Assembly: GCA_964561995.1 (NCBI GenBank)
Contig: CAZLQZ010000003.1
Location: 5,056 to 69,055 of the forward strand
Length of the DNA: 64,000 nucleotides
Reading direction: 5' to 3'
From: an uncultured Methanosarcinales archaeon
GTDB taxonomy: Archaea; Nanobdellota; Nanobdellia; Woesearchaeales; JABIAG01
Below are positions 17,816-32,800 of the stretch, one piece after another. A program made the translations under genes and the position numbers. The notes beneath the pieces are model-generated. The model made no database searches and had not been told where the DNA came from. It worked only from the letters and a program-made list of their open reading frames with translations. Numbering within the stretch: the stretch's first letter is position 1; each line of letters begins with the position of its first letter.

Positions 17816-20800
17816 TTTTTAGTCATCCTCTTTAATTTTTTGAATGGTGAAGATCTATTTTTCTTTTCGGGTAGTTGTTTTAAATCTTTAAATACGCCGG
17901 GCCCCGATTTAGGTTTTTCTAATGCTTCTAAATCTTTTTGTAACTTTTTTAATCTTGAAAAGGCATCATCAACATCAGATTTTGGTTTTTTAGTTGACTT
18001 TGCTTTTTTATTTAATTCATCTAAACTTATAAATTTATTACTTTTCTTTTTTCTTTTGGTTCTTTTCTTTTTAGGCTTTGTTTTGGGTTTTATAGGTTTA
18101 GAAATTGTTGATTTTGCTAAAGGTTTGCCACTGATTTTATTTTCAATAGGTTTTGTTTTAGTTAAAGGGGAAAGTTTCTTTTTCAAAGGAGGTAAATTCT
18201 TATTTAAAGATATAACCTTTTTACCCAAAGGAGGTAATTTTTTATTTAAAGGGGGAAGTTTACTCGTTAAAGGGGGCAATTTATTTAATGGTTTTCCAGT
18301 CCTGCCCAAGGGTGGAAAAGAATTTTTTGGTCTAACCCTTGGTGCGGTGGATAGGGAAAGTGGTGGCTTAGCAAAAAATTGCTTATAAGCAAAGAACCCA
18401 CCTACACCTAGAGCTGCCAAAACTAATAAAATTAGTAATAATAAAGGCCAAATTGAACCACCATCAGAAGCATCTAATGGATCTCTTCCAGCAGAAATTT
18501 CATCGCCGTCATTCATATTATCGTCATCACTATCCTCGTTTTTCGGATCAGTATTATATTGACTTTCTTGTAAATTGGTTAGACCATCTTTATCAGGGTC
18601 TAAAAATGCATCTGCGCTATCTCTTGGATCTAAATTAAATCTTATTTCCCAATCATTATCCATACCGTCCCCATCAATATCTTCGTCACACTCATCTCCT
18701 TTTCCATCACCATCTAAATCAGCTTGATTTTCATTAGGAACATTGTCACAGTTATCATTTGAATTCAAGAATCCATCATCATCGGAATCTACATCTTTTT
18801 CAGTACATCTTCCCGAGTCACACAATCCAGATAAACAATCTGCATTTTCAAAACAAACACTTCCTAAAGAACATTGATAGTATGGTAAACAAACTCCGCC
18901 ACAATCTAAATCAGATTCTCCAAAATCTAAATTGCCATTTTCACAAGAGTCCAATTCACAAACACCATTTACTACATCGCAATTCTCAGATTCACAATCT
19001 GAATTCAAATCACATTCTTCATCAATATCACACTTCTTTGAACATGTTCTTCCACAATCTACATCGGTTTCTTTACCATTTTTAATTCCATCACTACAAC
19101 TTGGAGCTAAACATACATTTGAAACGCAATTATCATAAATACAATCACTATCGTTTATACAAACTTTATTGTTGTAACATGAACCACACTGAGGTCCACC
19201 ACAATCTATATCAGTTTCATTACCGTTTTTAATATCATCGTCACATTCGGGAGGAGCTTTAGAATAATCAACAGTAAATTCGTCAGATTCTAAATCATCA
19301 CTTTCTAATCCAACATTATTTACTGCAATAACTTTCAAAACGTATTCAGTATCATTTTCTAAATCATTAACATCAAATCTTCCAGAAGCAATATATAATA
19401 TACCAGATTCAAACTCTACCGTTTCATTAACACACTCTTGCCCTTCTGAAGTCGAGATTTTATCGTCATCTAAGAAATCTTCATCTTCTAAACATTCCTC
19501 AATATCATCAGATTCTGAATCAGTTAATGCAAATTCCAAATAACAATCAAATCTATCATCTTCATCGTCATCAGCACTTCTTAAACAACTAACTAATTTA
19601 TCAACACTTAAATCAACCGAATCTACATCACTATCTATTTCGTCATCTATTGGTTCATCATCCAATTTTTCATAGATTTCCAATTTAAATTTATTTATTC
19701 CTGATTCATTATCATAAGCACTAACAAAATATCTTACTTCTTCATCATAATATGAATATTCTTCATCAACTAGACCCGTAATTTTGACTTGCTTCATTTC
19801 TGGTTCAGTCAAATCAACAATAAAAGAAGATGTTGCAGTTGTTGTATTAAGATTATAAATTCCAAATCTTCTACACATTACATCCAATTGGTAAGAACCA
19901 GTTTCCAAATCAGTAACTGGTCTGTAATGTTCTCTTTGATCAGATATAGTAAGATTGTTTGAAACTGAATTTAATTCAAATTCACAGCTTGCGGGTTTAT
20001 TAGTAGTTACAGCAATTGTTAATGAAGAGTTGCTTAATTTTGCACCATTTACTGGTCTTAAAATAGTTGCTGCAAATTCAGCACCAGGGTCTACTTGAAC
20101 ATCTACTGCACCAGTCCAATTATAACCTGCCTTATCAACACATCTGATTTGTATTGTGTTTACAGTATTATTATTAAGATGCTGTCCAACAACAAATTCT
20201 TGAGATTGTAAACTTTTGTAACTAGTTTCGATATCTTCATCCAAACCAGCAAAGATTTCCCATCCTAAAGAAACATTTCTATAACAAACCATGTTTTTCT
20301 CATCAGTAGTATATGCATACAAAATTCCAGAGTCAGTTGTAACCTTATTCATGTTTAAAGTTACACTCAAAGAATCTATGTCTTTTGTAATTACAAATGT
20401 GGCTGCATGATCAATTCCTTCTGCTTCTCCACCATAATTTTGATCTCTACAGATAACATATAATGGTTGATCAAACAATCCAGTAAATCCAGTTTGGTTA
20501 TGAATTATTTCATTTAATGATGAAAAATCTCTCATTTCAGTGGCATCGAAGTTGGTATCAAAATTAGACCACCTACATTCGGCACTTCTAGAAGTTTCAA
20601 TAACAAAATCTACAGGATCAATTTTAGTGTAACCAAAACTTGGATTAATTAATTTGATTCTAAAATCTTCAATTTCAATTTTAAAATTAAATACTTGTTT
20701 ATTTCCTTTATTTCCATATTGATCAATAGCTTCTATTTCTAAAACATAATCTGCTTCATTTAAATTTTCAAGAACTGAAATTGTAAAATTGTTAGAATTG

Positions 20801-23800
20801 TTATCGGTAATTGAAGTCAATACAATATTATCAGAATCATCTTTAATTACATAATAACTTACATTTACATTTTCTTGATAAATTATTGTCATATTTGGAC
20901 GGAGTTCAGTAAGAATATTTTCTAAAACGTCTGCTGCCGAAAATGGACTTTCGGGTTTGTAACCTTGTTGAATTATATTTACTTCGTCAAGCGAAACAAA
21001 TAAAAATTTATCATCAACATGAATTGCCTGATTCAAAAGTTCTTCTAATTCCTCGGGGTCAGCACTATCAAAAGGAAATGCTTCAATAAATTGATTTACA
21101 TCATTTTCAATGATATTTTGAAATTCTAAAGCTCTTAAATTGGATTTAAAAGACATAATAAGCACTCTTACATCTTCATCCGATTCACTTTTATAAGCTA
21201 AATTTAATGCATTTTCAATTCCAAAATCTTTTGCTTCATCACCTAACCCCACAATATCATACTCTTCATAAGTATAACCAATAATTTCTGAATTGATTTT
21301 GTCAATTAAATCTTTAATTTTACTTGTATAAGATAATTCTACAAATTCAGGTCCATCAGTATCAACCAAGAAATTACCTTTATATGTTCCGACATTGTTT
21401 GATATAACGCCAGTAGCGTTTATTTCATACTCATAATTTCCATCTGACGGAACTGTGAAGCTAAAATTAAATTCTACATAAGTTGCAGAAGCTGCATTTG
21501 CATCATGACTATATCCATCAATAAGTAATTCAGAATCTTTTACTTCTTTATCTGAAAATGCAGCAATTTCAATATCTTTAGAAGTTAAAACATTATCATT
21601 AACTGAATCGATAGTAATAACTGGCAAAGAATCATCAATAGTAAATTCAATTGAATTAGTTGGACCTTTACCACCTAAAATATTTATTAAAGTAATATTT
21701 AAAGTATAAGTTCCATTAGGAATCACTCCGAAATCCGATAAAGAAACTTTACTTAATTCTGAATTGATTTCAATAGTTCCATCGTTACATTTTGAATCAT
21801 CATTGCATAAAACTACATTAGTTTCATTATACACAATAAATTCTGCCTTGTTTACTTCAACTTCAGAATCAAATTTAGCAGAAACCTCAAATAATTTACC
21901 ATATTCCCCGTAATTTTCAGGAACTCTTAATTTGTTATCTAATACAACAGGTAAATTAGTGGTAAAATTAACAACGACACTTGATTGAGCAACATTACCT
22001 ACTTCATCAGCAACCTCCACTGTAATAACATTAATTCCTTTTTGAACTAGTTGAGCAGTTGTTGTATGTTCGCCATCTAAAGCAAATAGTTCTTCAGTTA
22101 AAATGTTATTAATAAATATCTTTGCTGTAACGTCTTCAAAAACTTCATATTTAAGTTCAGGATAAGTATTAGTTAAATACGGTCTTAAATTATCATAAGG
22201 TGTAATTATTCTTGCAGGGTCTACAGTTGTATCAACTTCAAAACTAACTACTTCATAAACGTCCGATATTTTTGGATCAAAAGGAAAACAAGATATTGAA
22301 AAGGGATAAATTCCATCTTTTAAATCAACAATAGAATTAGAAAGGTATGAAAATTGCAATTCATGATTTTTAAGATTATCATTTTCAGATTCCAATCTTA
22401 AAGTAACTTCTCCACTCGAATTAATTAAATATCCACCATCGAAATGAACATCACAAACTGCATCCCAATAAGTTTTAACTAATAATTTAGGTGTTGCATC
22501 TGCGGTTTTACCATTAGGTTTAATACTAACAATTTGTAATTCTAAATCAGTATCTACTGTTAAATTAACTTCTTGTTCAACGAAATTACCTGCACGGTCT
22601 AAACAATTAACAAAATAAGTATAATTACCATCCCCCACTCTGAACTCATCAGTTGAAAAAGTTGTTCCAAAGTCTTGTCCTAAAGAAGTGTAAACTGCTT
22701 CATCTTTTTCTTTATATTTACATTTAATTTCATCAAGAGAACTAACAGTTAAACGAGTTTTATTAATTTCATACAGCAAGTAATCATTAACTTCAACTTT
22801 AAATGCATTTTCAAATTCTGAACTAAAAACAGGTTCATTAAAATCAACAACAAGTTCTAATTGTGTTGTTTTATTATTACCAAATAAATCTTTACATGAT
22901 ACATCTAAACTATTACTTCCTTCAATTAGTTCTTCAACCATAGTATGATTAAATATAGTATCATTTTCTTTATTCATTGACATTTTATCATTATCAAAGT
23001 AAGAGACATAACATTCAGTACTTGGTTCGTGAGTTATGATTTTAAATGTAGCAAGGAGTTTATTTGTATATCCAGGATTTATATTTTGAGGGAAAAATAA
23101 TACTTTTGGGCCGTCTTTATCGGTAATCATGTTAATCAAATAGGATTTATCATTTCCTACATCATCTTGAATTGTAACATAAAGTACGTTTGATGTTTCA
23201 GCATTTTCCTCTTCTTCTAAAGTAACACCATTAATATCAAATTCAACATCATTACCACGTATAATTACATCATAACTGTCATCAGTATTGTCTAAGTAAG
23301 AAGATAAAATTATAGATGCATCAGTATCATCTTTATTATATCGCCCAAAGATATTAACTAATGAAGAATTTGTTCTAAATGCATAATCGTGAGTTTGTGA
23401 ATCTGCAGTCATAATTACACCATCATTACCAGTAACATCAATAAATGTGATTTCGGGAGTTGAATTGTCCACAAATATCGACCTATTAAATGAGTCTGAA
23501 ACTCTTCTTGAAGAATCATTTGCATAAATCTCAATTATGTGTTGTCCAGGCTCAAGATTAAATTCAATATCGTCGTCTTCGCCAAATTTGTAAATGCCAA
23601 AACCCTCACTATCTGTTTGAATATATTCTGCTATTTTTGTTGTAAATAATAAATTGTCAACTAAAACAGACAATGTTTTGATTCCATCACTTCCAACAGA
23701 ATAATCTTTTAATCTTCCCTTTAAACTAATTTTTTGATATTTTGATCTGATGTTATCCATGCTTTGGGTACTATCATAAACATCAGAAACTACAATGCTA

Positions 23801-26800
23801 TTTTTTACCAAAGGTACATCTGCATCCAATTTAAGACTGTATATTTCAGGAGTAGAATTGTCTACAAAGAATGAATAAGTGGAAGGAATTTCTGAATCAA
23901 CAAATAATATTTCTCTTACTGAGATTAAAATTTCACAATGTGAACATTTCCATTCTTCTTTAGGTGTTAAATTAAATAATCTTTTACCATCTCCAGTATC
24001 TGCAATAGTAATATTGACAATGAAATCATCTTGATTCATTAAAACTTCATCACCGCCATATTCTCTTACTTCGATAGGAGTTTTTATTGCATCTGTAAAT
24101 CCTAATTCTAAATCACTATCTTTTTTATCTTCAGCATCATTAAACTTAACAAACAAAGACTCTTTATCACTTTGAGTATATTCTGGTGCAAAAGTCCAAT
24201 CTGTATCATCACCTAAACTCCAACCAACAACACCGGGCATGCTTGTATCAAAACCAAAAGCTAATTTAAAAGGAGTTGGGAAAGGACTAAGTAAGAATTG
24301 GTCTTTTTCATTAACAGATGCTTTATTTCCAAAATCATCTTCTACACTATAATATATAAAATATATTGAATCTTCCCATCTTGAAGGACTTTCTAAGTCT
24401 AATGCATAGAATTGGAAAGTTGCTTCTGTTAAAGATTCAGCATTAGGATTTATTTCCCAAGTTTCATTTTCTTCTACAGTTGGACTCCAAGTATATTTGT
24501 AAAGTATAAATGTTCCATTATTAATTCCTGCATTATCTTTAAATGTTAAAGTAAATGGGTCATCAACATTACTTAAATATTGATTATGTTCATTAATTAT
24601 TGAATCATATAAAGGGCGACTTTGCATTTTTAATATTGAAGGGCCTTTCCAATCATTAATAAAAATAATTGTTTCTGAAGAAATGGAATTACCTGCTAAA
24701 TCTGTAACATTGAAAATAAAAGTTTTATTTACTTCTAAATTTTCAAGTTTTTCAATATTAAAACTATAATATAAAGAATCATTTATTTCTGATTTTCTTT
24801 CGTAGGTATTGTCATGGTCTTTTTCATTTAAAGTAATTAATGAAAATTCATTTACGCTAATGTTTATTTCTAGTTCAAAATTGTCTGGAACATGATAATA
24901 ATAAAGTATGCTTCCGCTTCTTTCTATTGGTTGACCGGGATATTCGGGATGAAATTCAGAATAAGTTGTTGGTACTATTTCTTCAATTTCTGGATCAATA
25001 GTGTCTAATGTAATGTTTAAAACAAAAGGATTTTCCATTTCATTATCTAAATCATCTTTAGCAATAAGTGTGATTTCTTCTAGGTCCCCTTCTTCTAATT
25101 CTAAATTTAATGTGATATTGTATGACAAATTCTTTCCAACTTGAACAAAAGATTCATGCTGTAATGGAAGATTTATTTCTGAATCAAAATAAGTTAATTT
25201 TACGTCGCTTAATTCATCAAGATTTTCAGCAATGTCGATTTGTAAACACATCAAACCACTTTCTTGAGTGTAATAAGAATTGCCAAGTCTACTGATTTCA
25301 GTTAATGGTGAACCACAACTTCCCAAACTTAAAATCATATCGTTGACAATTGGAGGTTGGTCATCTAAAGTTAAATTAACTCCATCAATTGGAACTCCGC
25401 AATCATTCGAAGTAAAACATTCATAATTTTTGGAATCAGTTAATTTTCCCGAACATTCAATATTAATTGTATTAACAACATTTTCAAAGAAATCATTTTT
25501 ATCTAAAGATGCTTTGTAAACGCCACCAGATTCAAATAATTCTTTTGCTCTTCCAACTATAGGTACGTTATCTTGATAAGATAATGTTTTTCTAGATTTG
25601 GTTATTCCAGTTTGGGAATTTTTAACAATATAAGAACACTTAATTGGATCTTGATCTTCGGAATATTTCCCACCAGGAACATTTGTTCCAATAATCAAAT
25701 CATAATTATCAAAATTTGGAACCCTTGAATTGTTTTCAGGTTGAATAAATGAAAAATTAAGTTTCGGATTAGATTGATAATTAAAACTTCCTTGAATTGT
25801 ATTTTCTTTACCATAATAATTTTTACAAATGATTGTTAAATCTGCATTATAATTTTTACCAACTTCTAAATCATTAGCAATTTCTTCAGACATAGAAACT
25901 TTTTTAGGTACAACTAAATCAAATAATTTATCTTCATAAGTTACTATATTTTTGCTTGGATTGTTTTGTGTAAAATTATAATTACATTTAACTTTTATAT
26001 TTTCTTGAGTATAAACTTCCATAGTAAAAGTTTCAGTCAAAAAGGACTGAGTTGTAATTATGGGAGAGAGTTCTAAGGGACTTTTTAATGTATAATCATC
26101 ATTATTAAGATATAATGGCCTAAATTCATAAATTTCATTTTCAAGTTCATCAACACAAGTAAAATGTAAATATTGCTGAGTTGCTAATGACAAAAATTCA
26201 ATTGAATGATTATAACCAAAAACATTATCATCTTCATTTGATGCTTGATTTCCAGAATTAGCCGGTTTTTCATTAGTATATTGATTACTAACCCAACACT
26301 TAGCAGGCTCATTTGTTTTAAAATAAATTTCAACATTGTCATTAATAGTATAATAACCCGGACCAAAATAATCATTACTTATTTCTGTATCAAAGTGATA
26401 ATAAGATTCTTTTCCTTCGGTAAAACTATTAGAATGCTCAATAACTGGACCAGCATTATCAATATTCATTTTTGCAAAAGAAAAACCAACATTATTTGCT
26501 AAATCGTTTGCTTGACATACAACAACTATCCTATTTTCTTTACCTGAATCTGGCAATTCAATATCATCTGTTGAAATATCAAAAGCATCAGAATAATCAT
26601 TAACTCCATTATTCATATAGGGTGTCCAATTATAAGAATAGTTGTTATAATTAACTTCTGACACATCTTCAAAAATTTTGTATATTATATTTTGACAATC
26701 TGTATCATCACTACATTCACAACTAAAGTTTGCAATTATGCCGTCACCAATCCATTTGAATTTAAGAGGTGCTAAAGTATCATTTAATTTTGCATCAATT

Positions 26801-29800
26801 ACAGGTTCAACATTATCAATAATAACTTCAAAATCTTTAGTAATTACATTAGTTGATTTATCTTCCATCATTAATTGTAACATTATTTTTTCATAAGAAT
26901 AAAGAGTTGTATCAAACTTAAATCTAATTTGGGGACTTTTTATTTTTCCAGGAGTTAGTAATTTTGGCGAATCTATTTCTTCACTGTAATAATAAAAATC
27001 AATCTTTTCTTCTGCAAAAGGGAGAGTATCATTTGTTACATTAATTCTGTATGCTCCATAATTATAACCTGCGTGATTTCTAATATCTAAAAAATCAACA
27101 TCTAAACTTAAAATGGGTTTATTATTTCCAATAACTAAACTTTCATCTTCGCCTTCAATAGACTTGATTTGGGGGTTTTCATCATCAGTATGAACAATTG
27201 CATAATGTTCATATTGCTGCCCTTCATCTCCAGAATCACGATTTACATAAATTGAAGAAATATTAATCAAATAATCCTTTCCATTTTCTAACAAATTACC
27301 AGATTTAAAAGAAACATTATATTTGTTTAAACCTTCATAAGTTTCAGGTACATCAAATACTTGTATTTGTGCTTTTTTAATTGTATCTCCACTTATTGCA
27401 GTTACGTTTCTTAATGAAATATTAAACTTGTTATTAGTAGTATATAATTCAATTGTAAAACTAGTTTCGCAATTGGCATTAAGATAAAAGTGTTCAATAT
27501 AAGGCATATCCTTATACTCTTCGGGTTCATACAAATTGTCAACTTTTCTTCCAGAATCTAAAAGATTCATTTCAATATCAAAAGCACAAGGGTCATAATA
27601 AATAGTGTTTAAATAACTTCCAGTTTGAGAATTTCCCACTTTATCTTTTGCTTCAACATTTATATCAAAAGAAACTCTATTTTCAGTTGTTTCATCACAT
27701 TCAAAGAAATCAAAAAAATCAACATTTTCATCAGTTAACAATTCACTATTAATACCTATATTAAATATGTTACCTTGAGAATTTTTAACAACATAATCTA
27801 ATGACAGTTCTTGAATATAGCCATAATCATTCAAAACGTATTTTAGGTCTGAATCAAAACCAGTAATTGTTAAAAAAATTTTACCTTTTGAAATGGTAAC
27901 TTTAATTGAAGATTTGTTTAATGAATCTACTCCAGAAAATTGTTCAACTAATGTTATACCAATTCCTCTTTCTAATGTTGAATATGCATTATCTAAAGGT
28001 ACAACATTTACTTGCGGACCAATTAAATCAACAAAAAACTCTTTTTGTTCAGTATGATAATTAGCTACATCATCATACAACTTAAAATCATAAACATACC
28101 TTCCCCTTTCATCAAAATCATCAGATTCATTACTAAAAGTAAACAATCCGGGATAGTTATCATAATTATAAAAATTAAATATTTCAGTGTCATTAGTTAA
28201 GAAAACATCAACTGCATCAATTAAAGTAATATGATAATACAATCCAGAAGAACCGTCACATTCACCATTTTCTGCAGAGAAAGAAGCAGGAAGGTCATAT
28301 CCATAAAGTTTTAAGTTTATAGGACCATTAACTGCAATATATTTGTTTTCATAAGTTCGTATTGCTTCTTTATCATTTTCATCAATTAAATCATTAGGAA
28401 TACACAAAAGCAAATTATCGTTTTTTGTTTGTTTCAATATCTTTCTATCTGAAATAGAAAATTCCATTTCTTCATCTAAAGCATAATTAACAATTAAATT
28501 TTCTAAAAAAATAATTTCATTTTTATCTGAAGCAATAACTTCTACAGTGTCATCAGCTGAAACGCCAACAAAATTAATTGTTTGTCCTGAACCATAAAAT
28601 TGTCCATCTGCCGGACTATTCCAATCAATACTTGAAGGGGCAGTCGTATCTAATTTAAAATTAATATCGAAATCAGCAGATAATTGAGAATTTACACTTT
28701 TAACATCAAACAATCTTAAGGTTTTTTCATTACCTGACTCATCTTCTTTAAAGATTTTTAATTCATAAAGTTTAGAATTTTCTCCAGCTTCATTAAGTAA
28801 AAAATTATAATTTTTATCAAATCCATTCAAGATTCCTGCATTTCTAAAAATAGTTTCAACATTTTCGTCAAAAGTTAGATTTATTAAAAATGCATCATGT
28901 AAATCATCTGAATCATAATCACCATAACCTATTTTGTAAGTATCAGTTTGCGAATTATATTGACAATTAGGTTTTATTTCACAATCTATAAAAGTATAGT
29001 TCAATAATACTGCTGGCGTTGAATCATTTACTGAAACATTAAATTTAATTGTATCATTACATACTCCTGCAGCATCACACAATTTTATAAACATAGAATA
29101 ATTTCCAAAAACTAAGAAATCGTAATCATCTTGAGTTAAGTTACCTTCAAAAGTATTTTCATCAATTAAATCTAATTCAAAATCTTTTACATTACTTCCG
29201 TCTTTTACAAATTTAATACTGCTAAAGTTAACCAATTGAGTATATTTTGGATCTGCACCTTTAACAACAAAAGTATAGTTTTGTTTTTTATCTAATGTGA
29301 AATTCTCTTTATTATATGGTAAAACAAATCCATCATCAATTTTAGTAATTGTTATGGGATTTTGTGATTCTGTTTTTTCAATTAATACTGGAGGAATAAA
29401 ATCAACAAAATAAACAGACAAATCAGAACTGGTTTCTTGATTCAAATGGTCTATGGCGTATACCGTTACTAAATTCATACCATGATTTAATTTTATTTTC
29501 CCATTGTAAGTATATTCAGTAGGGAAGTCATTATTAGTTGACAATTCAGTAATAAATACATTACTATCTAAAACCCATTCGGTAGATTCAAAATCGGATT
29601 CTGACTCATAATTTTTAACTTCTACTAAAGCTGCCTTCATACCTTTATCTTCAGAAATAATTACCTCAGCATCAATATTGATTATTTCTAAAGGAACACT
29701 AAGATAAATAGAAAGTTCTTCACTATTTTTTTTTAGTGTTGTACTTTGAATTTCTGGTGCACCCGAATCTAAATTAGATGAAAAATCAAATAATACCTTA

Positions 29801-32800
29801 TTTAAGTTTGAAATACCATCTTGTGCACTTACTTTAACTAGGCCATCGACACTTTCTAAACTAAATACTCCATTATAAGAAGTTGAAGTTGGAGGAATTG
29901 AATCAGAATAAGTAAAAATTTGACAAACATCCAATCCTGCTTCATAAGGATAATTGCTTACATCTGCCAAAGTGATTTTTGAAATTATTTTTTGAGAATA
30001 TAATGGTGCCTTTAATTTATCACCACAATTATTTAAATCGTTAATTTTAAATTCATAATCTTTTTTACCATCAATTGTAAAATTTTCAAACACAAAATTA
30101 GCATACTCATCAACAACCATATTCTCTGAATTAATCAAAATCGATTTATCAATTAATAATCCATTTTCATAAGCTTCAATTGAATAATCGCAACTTGATG
30201 AAGGTTTACTAGCAATCATTAAATCAAAAGAGTGCACTAAATATTCATTATCAAAACTAAGAGTAACATTAATTTCTAGATTAGATGTTGTTATTCCAGA
30301 AGGAATATTATCTATTTTTGCAATTTCATTTCCTGCCAAATGTAATGATTGTCTTGTATCTTTACATTCTAATTTAATTTGAGAAGAAGAAGAAAATGCC
30401 ACATTACTTGTTTTTCTTAAAAATCCATAACTGTCAGTATCTCCATCATTAAAATCATTAAATTCTTCATCATTAATTTCAATTACAATTTCAGGAGAAA
30501 AAGCATCAATAACTAATGTAAAACTTTCATTATCAGAAATAGTCTCACCATTAATTGTTTTTGAACAATTATAATCAACTTGATAAACGCCATTTGGATT
30601 ATCGCCCAAAAGGTCTCCATAATCTATAAAATCACTTTTTAAACAAAAATATCCCTCTTCAAAATATGTATCACTACAACCAGAATCAACATTAACAACT
30701 TCATATTGTTGTGAAGTAAAACCATTTCTAAATGTATAACTACATTCGCTTGGTTCAAATGAAAAACTAGTTGTATAGGATAATAATTTAAAATCTGATC
30801 CTTTTGTTCTTATTCCTGTATCTAAATAATTATGAACTTCATCATCTAAAGAAACTGCCTTAAATAAAGATTTCTCAATTATTGGGTCTTTATCAACTAA
30901 AAAATGGCGTGTTGCAATATCAATGTTACCAGTAACATCCAAGCATCTTAATTTTAAAATATATTCGCCATCTTTTAATCCGGGCACAGAAATTTCCGCT
31001 ATGTCCCCTTCAGAAACTTCAATTCCATCTCTTAAATAATCACTATAAATTAAATAATTAAAACTCTCATCGTACAATTTTTCAAAAGTTTCAGTACAAC
31101 CTCCTCTTGCAGAAGTACTTACCTTATATTGCACATTAAGAGTCATTCCTTGTGCATCTTCATCTAAACTTTGTTCTAAAATATTAATTAATGGAGGAGA
31201 AGTATCAATAGGAAATGATAACTCTTTAACTTTTTCTTTATTAAAATTTTGATCTTCAGTAAAATATCTTACAAACCTTGTTCCAGAAGGAATAGGTAAA
31301 TCACCATCATAAAAATAAGACCTATACTTTTGATTTTCTATTTCAATTGGATCTAAACTAATGGTGGGGTCTAAAGCATAAATAAAATTTTGATTTGACC
31401 AATCATTATCTAAAATGTGTCTATCATAAGTACAATCATTTAGCTCATCTTCTCCAAAACAATAATATAAAATAAAATTAGCCAAATAATATTCATCTAA
31501 ATATTCATCCTGGTCATCAACTTGAATTGTGAATTTCACTTCACTTTCAGACATAAAAGTTGAAGTTTTAAGTTGATCATTTGCAGAAGTACTTTTCTTA
31601 ACTATTTGAACAGAAGTTCTAGGGGGATTTAAATCCTGTTCACATTCAATAAATATTGAATCAAATTGCGGTGAAGGATCTGTTAAAGCACGTCCATAAC
31701 TTCCTTCAATATTATCACAACTACTCTTTCTACAAAATTCTTCAGTCGGAATTTTATCACCATAAAGTGCATCATTTTCAAATCTTCTATCGCTCACATC
31801 CCAATTACAAGCTTCAAAACCACATGAATTATAATATTCAACAGAATCAGCATCCACAAAACCATTACAATCTTCAGCTTCAAAAATCATACATCCTTTT
31901 TTCAAATTAATAATATCTTCACAATCAGAACAAACACTGACTTCATCAGAATCTAATTTTCCACAAGATTCATTATGACCTATTGCTGAACAAACATCTT
32001 TATTACAGCCAGAAAGCAGATCAATTTTATCACATTCAGAACATAAATTTTCATTTTCATCTTTTGAAACACAAATTCCTTCTCCTAAATTAGTTGTTTC
32101 TGGAATAGAAACCCAACTACATCCTGTTTCTTCAGAGCTTTGCAATCCTAAATTACAATGGTCTATTTCACAAGCATATTGAGATTTATATCCTAAACAA
32201 CTATCAATTCTAAGACAACTTCCACAAGAATCGGTTACCCTATTATCAATTGAAGTTATAGAATTTTCATCATCAAGAACATATCTTGAATAATCCAAAT
32301 AACAATAATTAGGATTAGTTGAACTACCTTCACACGTTTTAGCATTGTTTGTTTCCCATGAATAAGTTTTAAAATTGAGTAATCCAAAAAAGTTTGAAAC
32401 TCCAAACAAGTTTCCTGTATAAGAAGTACCAAAAGAACTACATTCATCAGCTTCAACACAATTTGCATTTGGTTTACCATTTTCGTATGAATTTAAACAA
32501 TAAAGGTCATAAGGATCAGAAGGACAATCATTCAATCCCAAAACTTTCAATCCTCCCAAATATTCAAATAAAAACTCACTTCCAAGTTCATAACTTAAAG
32601 TGGATCTACTTTGATCATTACAACTGTATTTTGTTTTTGAATTTAAAGAAGGAATACAAAAATTATCATTCAAAGATAAACCATCACAAATTTTATCGCC
32701 AGAAAATTTGACACTTGTATTTTTAATACCATTACATCCACCAACAGTAACATCATCAGAAATACCACAATTTCCTACTCCTTTTATAATTAATTCATAA

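Noticed and set aside
17804..18388. 194-aa plus-strand ORF
   Set aside because: Antisense shadow of the low-complexity Lys/Pro tail of the giant gene.
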